Notes under the pieces: model-generated
The model's input: the letters and a program-made list of their open reading frames with translations, nothing else
Databases searched by the model: none
Told to the model about the DNA's origin: nothing
Shown here: positions 21,191-32,006 of the stretch, piece after piece
Layout: each line of letters opens with the position of its first letter
Numbering within the stretch: the first letter of the stretch is position 1
Program-made: the position numbers and the translations under genes
Assembly (NCBI GenBank): GCA_032718475.1
Contig: JAUCBJ010002744.1
Coordinates: forward strand, 1-32,006
Direction: 5' to 3'
Length of the DNA: 32,006 nucleotides
Source of the DNA: Nemertoderma westbladi
Lineage: Eukaryota > Animalia > Xenacoelomorpha

Positions 21191-21844
21191 GATGTAGTAA
21201 AGGATAGTTTGGGATACATAAAACTAATAATCGGCCTCACTCACATTCATTCCTGTAAAATAAATTTCTTTAGAATTAAACAAATTGCAATTGTATTCTA
21301 TTTACTCTCGATTTTCACATTTTTTTCAATATCGTTTCAGTAGTCTGGTAATGTGAACTATGAAAAATAATTCATAAATTTCACATTCAATACGATATCT
21401 CTTAAATTTCAATAATAATTATCTTACCTGTAAGAAGAAAGAAGTAATTCAACCCTGCTTTGATCTGGAAAATAATCCTTATTTTCTTTGAATTTTAATT
21501 CATAGTATTAATATTTGTTGTATGAACTCAAATCTAAGATAAAAGAAATTTAAGATGATAATAGTTTGGATTAGGTGATGCAATACAATACGGGTGTGTT
21601 TTGGATGGATAATTATAATTTTAATATCTTCATCTATTACATTCCTCATTGGTATTCTAAAGGGAACTAAATATAAGAAAAGGCTAAACAGCGCATTGTT
21701 CTCACATGAGCTTTCCACTATCATCTATTTATATATATATACGCAATACATGCAATAGAATTGATTACGCCTGTGATGTTGGAGTTGCTTCATATATCCT
21801 ATGATACTAAATCGGATTAAAGGATTGCGAAAATTGAAAGCACT

Positions 21845-22860
21845 GTGGATGTGGTACTGCACTAGTGGTACTGTACAATACTGGATACCGTAGATGTGGA
21901 ACTGTACTAGTGGTACTGTACAGTACTGGATACCGTAGATTTGGTACTGCACTAGTGGTACTGTACAATACTGGATACCGTAGATGTGGTACTGAACTAG
22001 TGGTACTGTACAGTACTGGATACCGTAGATCTGGTACTGTACTAGTGGTACTGTACAGTGTACAGTACTAGGTACTGTAGTAGTGGTACTGTACAGTACT
22101 GGATACCGTAGATGTGGTACTGTACTAGTGGTACTGTACAGTACTAGATACCGTAGATGTGGTACTGTACTAGTGGTACTGTACAGTGTACAGTACTAGG
22201 TACTGTAGTAGTGGTATTGTACAGTACTGGATACCGTAGATGTGGTACTGTACTAGTGGTACTGTACAGTACTAGGTACTGTAGATGTGGTACTGTACTG
22301 GTGGTACTGTACAGTACTGGATACCGTAGATGTGGTACTGTACTAGTGGTACTGTACAGTACTAGATACCGTAGATGTGGTACTGTACTAGTGGTACTGT
22401 ACAGTGTACAGTACTAGGTACTGTAGTAGTGGTATTGTACAGTACTGGATACCGTAGATGTGGTACTGTACTAGTGGTACTGTACAGTACTAGGTACTGT
22501 AGATGTGGTACTGTACTGGTGGTACTGTACAGTACTGGATACCGTAGATGTGGTAGGCCTACTGTACTAGTGGTACTGTACAGTACTAGATACCGTAGAT
22601 GTGGTACTGTACTAGTGGTACTGTACAGCACTGGATACCGTAGATGTGGTACTGTACTAATGGTACTATACAGTACTAGGTACTGTAGATGTGGTACTGT
22701 ACTGGTGGTAGTGTACAGCACTAGATACCGTAGATGTGGCACTGTACTTGTGGTACTGTACAGTGTACAGTACTAGGTACTGTAGTAGTGGTACTGTACT
22801 AGTGGTGGTACTGTACAGTACTAGGTACTGTAGATGTGGTACTGTACTAGTACTGTACAG
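21845..22860. repeat. 45-bp GTAC-rich minisatellite (~22 units, with variants)
   Basis: Unit ggtactgtactagtggtactgtacagtactggataccgtagatgt, containing the palindrome gtactgtacagtac. The same repeat resumes at 25739-25815. Confidence 0.95.
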
Positions 22861-23039
22861 TAGGGTATATCATAAACTCATTTTTTGCAAAATTATGAAT
22901 TGTGTTTTAATTGAATTATGTTTCAAAGAGCAATCCTATGTACACTTTATATAACTAAGAACAGAATTAGAATGTAATTCGAATATAAACGATCTTGTAA
23001 ACGATTATTGTAAGTTTATAGTTCAGTTTTCCAGTCCTT

Positions 23040-25197
23040 CTATGACTTATAAGCTGGAACAAGTTCTCTTGACAGTAGTGAACCTCTGACAAATCCATCT
23101 CGTCGCAATTCTCAAATTACAAGCATTGAAGCTTCTGTCACCAGTTTCACATGTCGCTCTACTGCCTGATTGTGGCAAGGCCATGATTCAAAATTGAAGG
23201 TGCTGCTGCCATCCAGTGCTTGTTGGATACCATCAACCGAATACTGCTTTGTCACTGGAGGTTCAAGCCTTGGAAAATCATTCCAATCCAACAAACCAAA
23301 ATACTCTGTCACATCAAGGTTTAATATGGGAATATTAAATGTTCGAATACCTGAAGTGGAAGAAGATTCTCTAGCAGCCAGAATCTTTCGTAAACCAAGC
23401 TGTCGAATTGTTGGATCATCATCCTTCAGCATTGACAGAATTATATTCTCAGGGTGTGCAAAGTATCCATTTCTTTGGATGACTGGATCAATTATATCTT
23501 TTACACTTTGGTCACAATTCCGAGAAAGTGAAATTAAGAGAAATAAATGTTTAGCACCATTCCATGATTCAGGGTTCTTTCTAATGTTGAACCATACATG
23601 AGCATAAATCTTTACAATGTATTCTACAAGAGTTACCAGGTCATTTGATGGCTGATCTGTCGACACATAGAGTCGCAAAATGCGGTTCGCTGTTGTTAGC
23701 CATCGAGAGTGACTGAGGTTTCCAGGATATCTCAAGCCAGATTGCTTTCAATGGTACCACATTGCACCCCTAGGCACATTTCAAACAAATACTGCTGGTC
23801 TTTACTTAACTTACTATAATCAGAGTAATGAGGCAAATTTCCTTCAATTGGTGAAAATTTAGTGATTTGTAGATTTTCGTATTTGGCTATCTGTTTCCCA
23901 ATTTTGCCTTGATAGGAGCTTGGTCCAGTTGTTTCACCATCCAATGCCGCAAAGAGATGTCTCAAGGGCAACTCGTTCATATGGAGAAGTCAAATAAACC
24001 ATTGAAGTGGTTTATTTAGGTGTACTTCCAACCTTCTAATCACACCACTTCTAATTCCAGCATTAACATTTGTGCCATCTGCTCCAATGGCAATTAGATG
24101 AGTTGTTGCTAACTGATTTTCTTCAAAGAATACGAGAATACCATCAAAAAGTGACTTTGCTGTTCCAGAATCAGGGGAAATATGACCCAAATATTTCGAT
24201 TTGGGTTCAGATATAAGAGTCACATGCTCTTCTTTTATTGTACCCTTCATGTTGACAACTTTGGAACAGAGCGTTTCATCTTTACAGCCATCATAGTATA
24301 AGGCTGGAATTGATTCCACTGAAGCAATGGCATCTTTATTGAGGTTCTTTCTCATCTTATCATGCTCACGCCATAGCTTCATTTTATCAACTACAAGTGT
24401 AGAATCATCACTCGATACAATGCCATAATCCACCAATGTTGCAGTAGCTATTGCGGATCCAGCAGCATTTGATACCCCATAATGTTCACATTCCAATGCA
24501 AGACGATGAAGTGGAGTATAATTGGATCTGTTTTAGATCCATGATGTATAACAGATGGATCAGCATCTTCATTATCATCAGTTGAATTATCTGAGAAAGA
24601 GGCTGTGAAACTTTCCTCTCCCACATTGGGACAACTGGTGCTATCATATCGCAAATGCTTTGGGTCTGACTTTAACTGCCTTTCTCTTCGCCTCTTCAGT
24701 TTCTCTGTCATTTCACGGTCAACCTTTCCAATTACCATCTTGCGTAAAGACCTCTGATCAACAATAAAATCCCACTCCAATTTAGAAACCTTAGATTCTC
24801 TTGGACAACTACAGGTTGAAATCCCTTCACAGTGACAAGTGCAAATATCAAATAACCTCTCACCTTCTACTTTCAGCTCTTTAATTTTATTTTCTTTAGT
24901 TGATCCTGACTTCTTGAGAACATTACGTAGATACTCTCTCTTCTTCTCAAGTTTAGCAATGGTTGTTCGTGAGTCAGTAAAGGGAAGACTTGCTTTCTCC
25001 CAAATACCATTTAGGAATTCAACAACCATTTTAAATATATCTCTACTAGGTGCATTAGGAGGACCTTCCTGTTGCAATTTTTTGTAGTATCGCATTACAT
25101 CACCAATAGTTGGCAAAACATTTTCAGGCAAATTCGAAGGAATACCATAAACAGGGCAACTTCTATAAATAACGCTGGTGGATGCACGAGTTTCCAT
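23040..25197 (-). pseudogene. hAT-type DDE transposase broken into four ORFs
   Basis: YYDGCKD (D1), GADGTNVNAG (D2), LLHMNELPLRHLF, HSRWLTTANR and CHNQAVERHVKLVTEAS (E). Breaks occur at ~24480, 23990, ~23735 and ~23112. Confidence 0.85.
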
Positions 25198-25218
25198 ATT
25201 ACAAACAACATCAAAATT

Positions 25219-25493
25219 GTAGAATTGTGATGAAATGAAAACAGCAGAAAATGCCTACTGCAGTTAGTCAGTACTGCACAACAGAGGAAATGAAAAATCG
25301 GGAAACAATGTAGTAGGCCTAAGCCATATTACATATAACTAGATACTGGAATGAACTGCAGAATTGTGATAAAATGAAAACAGCAGGAAAGGCCTATTGC
25401 AGTAGTCAGTACTGCACAACGAGGAAATGCAAAATCGGGAAATAATGCAGTAGGCCCTAGCCATATTACATATAACTAGATACCGGTATGAAC
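25219..25493. repeat. ~140-bp tandem duplication in the hAT 5' subterminal region
   Basis: agaattgtgat.aaatgaaaacagca...ccatattacatataactagatac occurs at ~25221 and again at ~25360. Confidence 0.85.
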
Positions 25494-25738
25494 TATAGTA
25501 CTGTACCTACTGGTGGCTGGGTGGAGCTCGTAGAGCTCACCTAATTACTGACTTACTAATTACGGAAATTACTGAATTTCCCATTTACCTGTACTGAAAA
25601 GTTGTAAAAAAATTACTTGCAAAAGGCAGGCATAGTAACTGCAACAAGACCAAATTTCAATGCTATTCTCACTGAGAACCGTAACCTTCAACATTTCAAA
25701 CCTACCCAATACTAAGTTTCAGACAATGATATACCCTA

Positions 25739-25815
25739 CTGTACAGTACTAGGTACTGTAGATGTGGTTCTGTACTATTGGTACAGTACAGTTTTAGGTA
25801 CTGTAGTTGTGGTAG
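25739..25815. repeat. Distal remnant of the 45-bp minisatellite
   Basis: ctgtacagtactaggtactgtagatgtgg... Confidence 0.85.
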
Positions 25816-27311
25816 ATGTCCCTAGCCAGATATTATCAACATGAGCATATGCACTGGTCGTGTTACTCTTTCCAAAAATCATTATTTTTGTAAATAGGTA
25901 TTTAGTCCCAGAGGAGTAATGTTTCTTACTTATTTTATGACGCATATTTCCTGAACGGCTTCACTCTACTATTTTTGAAACTCTATATTCCCTGATAGAC
26001 ATACTTTACGTGATTGACAGTCCTTTAATGATTACTATGTTCAAGGACGAGTTAATAGGACATCATTAAACATTTTTTTCTTTGTGTTAAATTTCCATAT
26101 TTTATATTCGTGAGGGCTTTCCCCAACTCCATCCCCCTTAATGTAATTTTCATCAGAACTTAGAGTTGTCACAGGACCATATTGCAATATTTCACTTTTC
26201 ACAAGACTTTCCAGATATAATTTTCATAAAGAATAACAGTTTTCCACCGGGAGTTCTAGAAGTTTATTGTTACTAAGAAAGAGATTACTTTACTGTGTTG
26301 TGGCCTAGATCGCAATGTAGCAAAGTGGGATTCTGCAGCGTTACAGGCATATCACCAGTACACTGTAAGGTGACATACATGTAACAAAAGGATTCAGATT
26401 TTAATATCCTCCCATCTTAAATATGATATCAGCGTATATTTGTCTTTATGAGGGTAAATATCATACACATGTGATTGATGAGATCATACCCTTATATTAA
26501 TTATCCCTTGAGAAGGATTTAGCATTATAATATTATGGGCAACCTATTTTTGGTAAGTGAGACATGAATCTGATCCTGGCGAGAGAATAATGAATACGAA
26601 GAATAATCGTTGAGAGCATTATTAAATGATGAATTGGACTAGAATTTCAACTGCAAGTATTAATTAAATTTTATGTAACTCAAGCCTACTCCACCATCTC
26701 AACTTTCCACAAGCAGCTTAATTCTCTTGGCTATTATTTATTTAAACTTTTTAAAATAAAACTAAACTCAATTTCTTACTAAGTTGTTAATTATGTCCAA
26801 TAAATCAACAATCTTAAACCCAATAAATACGCTTAAGGGGAGATGGAACACTTAGATTTTCCCATACAAACGCCTTTTTAACAAATGCCCCGTTTTCTCG
26901 AGAACTACCAGGTCGATTTTTATGAAATTTGATATGCTATTAAAGTAGCCACCCCGCCAGACCTGGAACCTAAAAAAATTCGAAAAATTCGAAATTTTCG
27001 AATTTTTTGTATTATTTTTCATATTTTTGAAAAAAAGGTAAAAAATTTGGGATTTGGTCCTAAAATACAAAGAATGATGATGAGTTAACTATGATATTAG
27101 GCCATGCCATGGATCATGTGTCAAAATTTCAAGAAATTTCATCGAGCCGTTCTCGAGATAATGGGGCATTTGTAACCAAAATAACATGAAAATTGAAGTA
27201 GGAGAAAAAAATGCATTCAAAGTTTCCAAACCTTCCCGCCAATTTTTATAAATGGGAGAATTTTCAAGCATACCATTATTGTAAAATTTTGAAAGAACAT
27301 TTTTTCGAACA

Positions 27312-28045
27312 AAAATTAAAACTCTCGCTATGGGCTTTTCCTGTTCCGTGATTTCATTTCCGATGTCAGTTTTCACGATTGACGGATTCTAGTCTGTCTG
27401 TTCGTCTGTCTGTCTTTTGGTTTGTCCGTCTAAATATAAAAAAGCATACAACACTCAAATAAAATTTTCTTATGGAGTTTTCCTGGACTGTGACTCAATT
27501 TCCAATGTCAGTTTTCACTATTGACGGATTCTACTATGTCTGTCCGTCCATTCTGTCTGTCTTTTGGTCTGTCCGTCAAAATTTAAAAAAGCACACAACA
27601 ACTAAATAAAATTTTGTTATGGGGTTATTCTTCTCTGTGATTTCATTTCCAATGTCAGTTTTCACTATTGATGGATTCTAGTATGTCTGTCCGTCCATTC
27701 TGTCTGTCTTTTTGTGTGTCCATCAAATTTAAAAAAGCACACAACAACTAAATAAAATTTTGTTATGGGGTTATTCTGGTCTGTGATTTCATTTCCTATG
27801 TCTGTTTTCACTATTAATGGATTCTATTATGTCTCTCCGTCAATTCTGTCTGTCTTTTGGTGTGTCCATCAAATTTAAATAAGCAAACAACACCTACATA
27901 AATACATAAAATTTTGTTATGGGGTTTTCCTAGTCCGTGATTTCATTTCCGATGTCAAATTTCAATATTGAAGGATTCTAGAATGTCTGCCATCCGTCTG
28001 TCTTCATTTGGGTTGTTTGTCAAAATATGAAAAAGCACACAATAC
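27312..28045. repeat. ~147-bp tandem repeat, ~5 copies
   Basis: aaaattttgttatgggg...tttcatttcc.atgtcagttttcac...ctgtctgtcttttgg...aaaaagcac recurs at ~27461, 27608, 27755 and 27908, with a diverged first copy. Confidence 0.9.
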
Positions 28046-28589
28046 CGGTATGTAAGAGACAGATGTACAAACAGAGGGAAAAACGTATTACATTACATCA
28101 AATAGCAATTGTCAAATGTTTGTAAAAAATGCCAAAAATTATAAATTTTTAACTAATTGCCTTTCAACCATTGTTTTGAAGCATATACAAATAATAAATC
28201 AACTGTAGTTTTGGAGGGAAATTTGAATTGATAATTGACTTGACAGATTCCAGAACTGTCATTTCACCAGTTTATTGACATTCTGCGTATTGACATACTG
28301 CGTCATTGACATTGTACAGTACTGCAAGTAGGCTTACCTGTAAGCACAAGTTGTGGAAGGACCTTTCATAAGAGATCTGATGTGTTATATTGGCGACTTT
28401 TCGTCTGAATGGCGCATTCTTTTGGTGCAATAGTGTGTAACATGGTATTAGAATATTTGAATGTACCGGTAACTTTACTATCACTATGCCTACTTTAGGT
28501 ACCGGTAGTCGCTGCAATTTAGTCATTTATAATATAAACTCAAATGAATCGAATATTACATGTTTCTAAACAATGAATGAAGTCGTAGA

Positions 28590-30345
28590 ATGACTAAGCC
28601 AAAAGGGAATATTGTGAAGCGCAAATTTCGTGGCAATCAAATCAGGCAAAAACTACTGTTGTTGACTCTAAAAGTACTGCGGCGAAAAAAATTGTTGAAC
28701 ATAAAGTGTATCAATCAACTCAGACAGGATATGTATTATTAGTAAACATAAGTTATCTAGCTGATCAGCTGAAGGGCACATTGGTCTGTGCGGAATGTGA
28801 AAGTAATAACTTTTCGCTAACAGATATAGGTATTCATGGTTTGGCAACGAATTTGAGAATTAGTTGTTCTGGATGTAACGTAAATAAGACTTTCTTCAGT
28901 TCACCAAGAATCAGGAATTCTGAAGCAAAGTGTACAACATTTGATATACCAATGTGTGTATGCCTTTAGGGCTATAGGAATCGGCCGAGATGCAGCTCAA
29001 ATATTCTGTGCAATAATGGATCTACCGTGTGTACCAATGCGATTTGGTCACTACAATGACAAGTTAAAATGCTGCACTTGAGAGACGGTTGCGACTGCCA
29101 ACACGAAGAAAGCAGCAACTGAACTTGTAGATGTTCGCACTAAGGAGGTCGATGAAACGAATAATGAGATTGTGACTGATGTAGCTGTTTCCTTCGATGG
29201 AACGTGGCAAAAACGGGGACACACTTCATTGAATGGCGTTGTGTCGGCAATATCTGTTGACACTGGCAAAGTTATCGATGCCCATATACTCACATTGTTC
29301 TGCAAAAAATGCAGTAAAATTAGCTCTATAGTCGATTCAACAGCGAGGAAAACTGCTGAAGATAATCATAAAATATATTGTTACAAAAATTACTCAGGAT
29401 CCAGTGGAGGGATGGAAATTGCGGGGGCTAAAGTTATATACCGCAGATCTATCGAGAAACGTGGTCTAAGATACACAAAGTATTTGGGTGATGACGATAG
29501 TGCTAGTTTTCAGGCAGTTGCCTCAATGAAACCATCTGGTGATGATGTAGAGGTAGAGAAACTAGAATGTGTTGGCCACATACAGAAACGTATGGGTGGT
29601 AGACTACGAAGACTGAAAAAAGATCATGGGAAAAGAAAACTACCGGATGGGAATGTCAATGATGGGTAAGGGACGTCTAACTGATAAGAGTATTGATAGC
29701 TTATAAGTAGGCCTATACTTTGGGAAAGCAATTAGAGAGAACCTAGATTCAGTAGAGTCTATGAGACGCGCCAAATGGGCGTATATATTACCACAAGTTG
29801 TCTACAGATGCTGAACCACAACATGGTCTGTGCCCAAAGGTGCCACCTACGTGGTGTCAGTACAATAAAAGCATCAATACGATTACTCAATTCCAACACA
29901 AGAATTCTATACCATTGGAAATAATGAATATATTACGACCAACATTTAGAGATCTGTCTAACCCTGAACTACTGAAAAAATGCCTGCATGGTAAAACACA
30001 AAATACGAACGAGAGATTCAACAACATGGTTTGGTCTAGAGCACCAAAACGCGTATTTGTGGGTCTCTCAGTCCTGGAAATCGCAGTTTATGATGCCATC
30101 ATTACGTTCAACGAAGGTCATACAACACGGTTATCTGTACTAAGGGAGTTGGGGTGCTCTATTGGAAAGTCATGTATTGCTGGGTTGGCGGAGGTAGACA
30201 AACAACGTATCAAGAAAGCTGAGATAAGCTGCCAAGCAATCACCAAGGAAGCTCGGAAAAGGCGCAGATAGAAGCGGAAAGTTACATAGGAGAAACGAGA
30301 AACGAGTACTAGCTGCTGAAGAGTACGGTTATGGCATGCATTAGA
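28590..30345 (+). pseudogene. Kolobok-type ('Mutator-like' domain) DDE transposase, frameshifted
   Basis: KRKFRGNQ start, CAEC...CSGC, VSFDGTWQKRGHTS, NYSGSSGGME, YLGDDDS, KLECVGHIQKRMG, GRLT, STDAEPQHGLCP, KCLHGKTQNTNE. Confidence 0.8.
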
Positions 30346-30814
30346 AGAAATGACTGATGTTGACATCTTGTTTAGTTGACAAAAACTTGTTTACTATATT
30401 AGTATTAAAATCTATGTTTGATTTATTGTAAAAGTTTTAGACAGTGTTTGCTACACAGACAGTTTTTAACATTTTTTATTGTATGGACTCAAAAAGTGGG
30501 TGCAATAAAATTAAAAAAAAGTTCATTTGCACCCACTTTTGGTTCAGCATTTTATTATATCAAAATATGGCTATATAATGGCACGGTAAAGTGTAAGAAT
30601 CCCTGTTATTTATACCAGGACTGGAAACTAGGTAGCTATAGGCAAAATAACAATACCAGTTGAGGCCTACTTATTAATTACCACCCATTACTAAGATATG
30701 TTTTACATCAAACAGTTACGTGTTGGAGATATGGTACCTAGTATTTTTGTACTAGCTAGTATTATTAAAAATTATATTTTACTTTGCCAACAACAATGTG
30801 ATGTATTTGACTTC

Positions 30815-31090
30815 AAAGTTACTGCAGATTTCGTATCATTCATTGTGAAGTATTGGAATATATTGAATGTTGAAACAACAACAGCAGGTTCCCGGAAACG
30901 CGATCCCTCCAAATATCCAATATATTCGACTACCGATGATCGACTTAATTTTTTCTGGGTAATGTTTCAAGGTCCCTCACCACATGGAGGACCTCTAGCG
31001 AACTAGATAGAAAATCTAATAGTGAGTGCCCTTACAAATGAAACTTTCGACGCCCTTATTCATACCACGAATGCTTTAGTCAATGTAGTA
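30815..31090 (+). pseudogene. P-element/THAP9-like transposase fragment
   Basis: TADFVSFIVKYWNILNV...G.RKRDP...PI...RLNF, then LTNETFDALIHTTNAL in another frame. Confidence 0.55.
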
Positions 31091-31214
31091 AGGCAATAAT
31101 AATAATGTCTTGATGAATTGTTGATGAATGTTTAATTATGTGATGTGAATTCATTTGTTTGTGTATTTATTAAATATAATAAATGGCCTGCAGTGAACAA
31201 TAATTCTTGCAATC

Positions 31215-32006
31215 TTTGAACGCCTATTTCTCAGCTGTTTTCAACGAAATTCACATATTGTTACATATTTGGAATCCTTGCAACGCAAGCTTTTTAATGA
31301 TATGATATTACGACTATTGTGTAGAATGGCTACGATACGGAGGGTGCGATTTCGCAAGAGACACTTCTTTAAAACGCTTATAAAAAAATTTAAAGGCAAA
31401 ATCGAAAATTCCGGCTTCATGGGGTCATCGACGGTGAGTGGAAGTAGTGGTGTTTCAAATTTCAAGCAATATGATAATAAAGATTTGTAGAAAAATCTGG
31501 GGGGGGGGGGGGGGGGGGGTGTCCGTGTCATCAGAAAATGACACTATATTACGGGACATGGTGTATATGGATATCGCTGATTCGAAGAAATGGAATGATT
31601 AATACTGATAAAACTGATATGTACCCTGCAAACCATAGCAACATTAAAATAATGTTTTTTCATCTTTATTCAAATAATAAAATATTACAATTTAAATTCA
31701 AATAATATGTAGCTATTCATAAATAAACAAAATGTTCTGGAATATGGTATTTTGATTTAATAGAACAAAATAGCCTCATGCAGATGCAAAACCATGCAAC
31801 ATTTGAACGCTCATATCTCAGCTATTTTTCAACGAAATTTCGATTATGTTACATATTTGGAATCCTTACATGGCCAGCTTTCCATCAGTACCAACAAATC
31901 ACTATAAGGTTGAAGAATAACTGGAGTGTAACTGGTGAAATATTACCAGAGACACCTTTTTTAAACGCTTGTAGCTAAAGATTGAAAGCAAAAATAAAAA
32001 TTCTGG
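31215..32006. repeat. Diverged direct repeat (~200 bp, two copies), probably part of another non-autonomous element
   Basis: tttgaacgc..at.tctcagct.tttt.caacgaaatt...tgttacatatttggaatcctt...agagacac.t.tttaaaacgctt at ~31215-31410 and ~31802-32006. Confidence 0.7.

Larger units (their letters stand above)
22861..25738 (-). mobile_element. Full-length but decayed hAT-superfamily transposon (hATm/hATx-like)
   Basis: TIR tagggtatatcat / atgatatacccta, with a perfect 8-bp TSD ctgtacag (22853-22860 and 25739-25746). Confidence 0.85.
26837..30550 (+). mobile_element. Decayed Kolobok-like DNA transposon (boundaries uncertain)
   Basis: Candidate left end TTAA|GGGGAGATGG at 26833-26846 and a transposase at 28590-30345. 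I did not find a matching right end, so linking the two is inference. Confidence 0.45.

Noticed and set aside
21725-22954. Repetitive ORFs (VLVVLYSTGYRRCGT / YSTTSTVPHLRY)
   Set aside because: These are translation artefacts of a 45-bp minisatellite whose unit length is a multiple of three.
22861-25738. Reading this element as GGG-ended with a TA TSD (Tc1- or Zator-like)
   Set aside because: Including TA in the TIR gives a perfect 8-bp TSD, and the protein motifs are hAT-type.
25820-26830. Unique-looking AT-rich interval as a possible host gene
   Set aside because: I found no sustained ORF or convincing splice-flanked segment.
31499-31519. 21-nt poly-G run and the poly-Pro ORF on the opposite strand
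   Set aside because: It is a simple homopolymer of unreliable length with no coding support.

Overview
This is AT-rich eukaryotic DNA, probably from an invertebrate (inferred from the element families), made almost entirely of nested transposable elements. I found no complete host gene. From left to right: a decayed CRE-like non-LTR retrotransposon with Ulp1-protease, Zn-finger and PHD domains (1-3070, minus strand) and a foldback element (3158-3776). Next is an array of six non-autonomous Helitron-like copies (3942-19280) whose ~150-bp subunits each carry an RFX X-box-like palindrome. The first copy is interrupted by a 6.4-kb unit with ~380-bp terminal inverted repeats (TIRs), an IS3EU-like end and a 6-bp target-site duplication (TSD); its interior is almost entirely an intact two-ORF RTEX-like LINE. 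The third copy is interrupted by a 5'-truncated Penelope-like element with a hammerhead-like motif. Further right are a CRE endonuclease remnant, a hAT-type MITE containing an RTE fragment, a 45-bp minisatellite split by a decayed hAT transposon (8-bp TSD), a decayed Kolobok-like transposon with a 147-bp tandem array, and a P-element-like fragment. The best novelty candidates are the TIR-packaged LINE, the spacer-separated Helitron array with an insertion hotspot, and the Ulp1-PHD-RT architecture. All family assignments come from motif recognition, not database searches.
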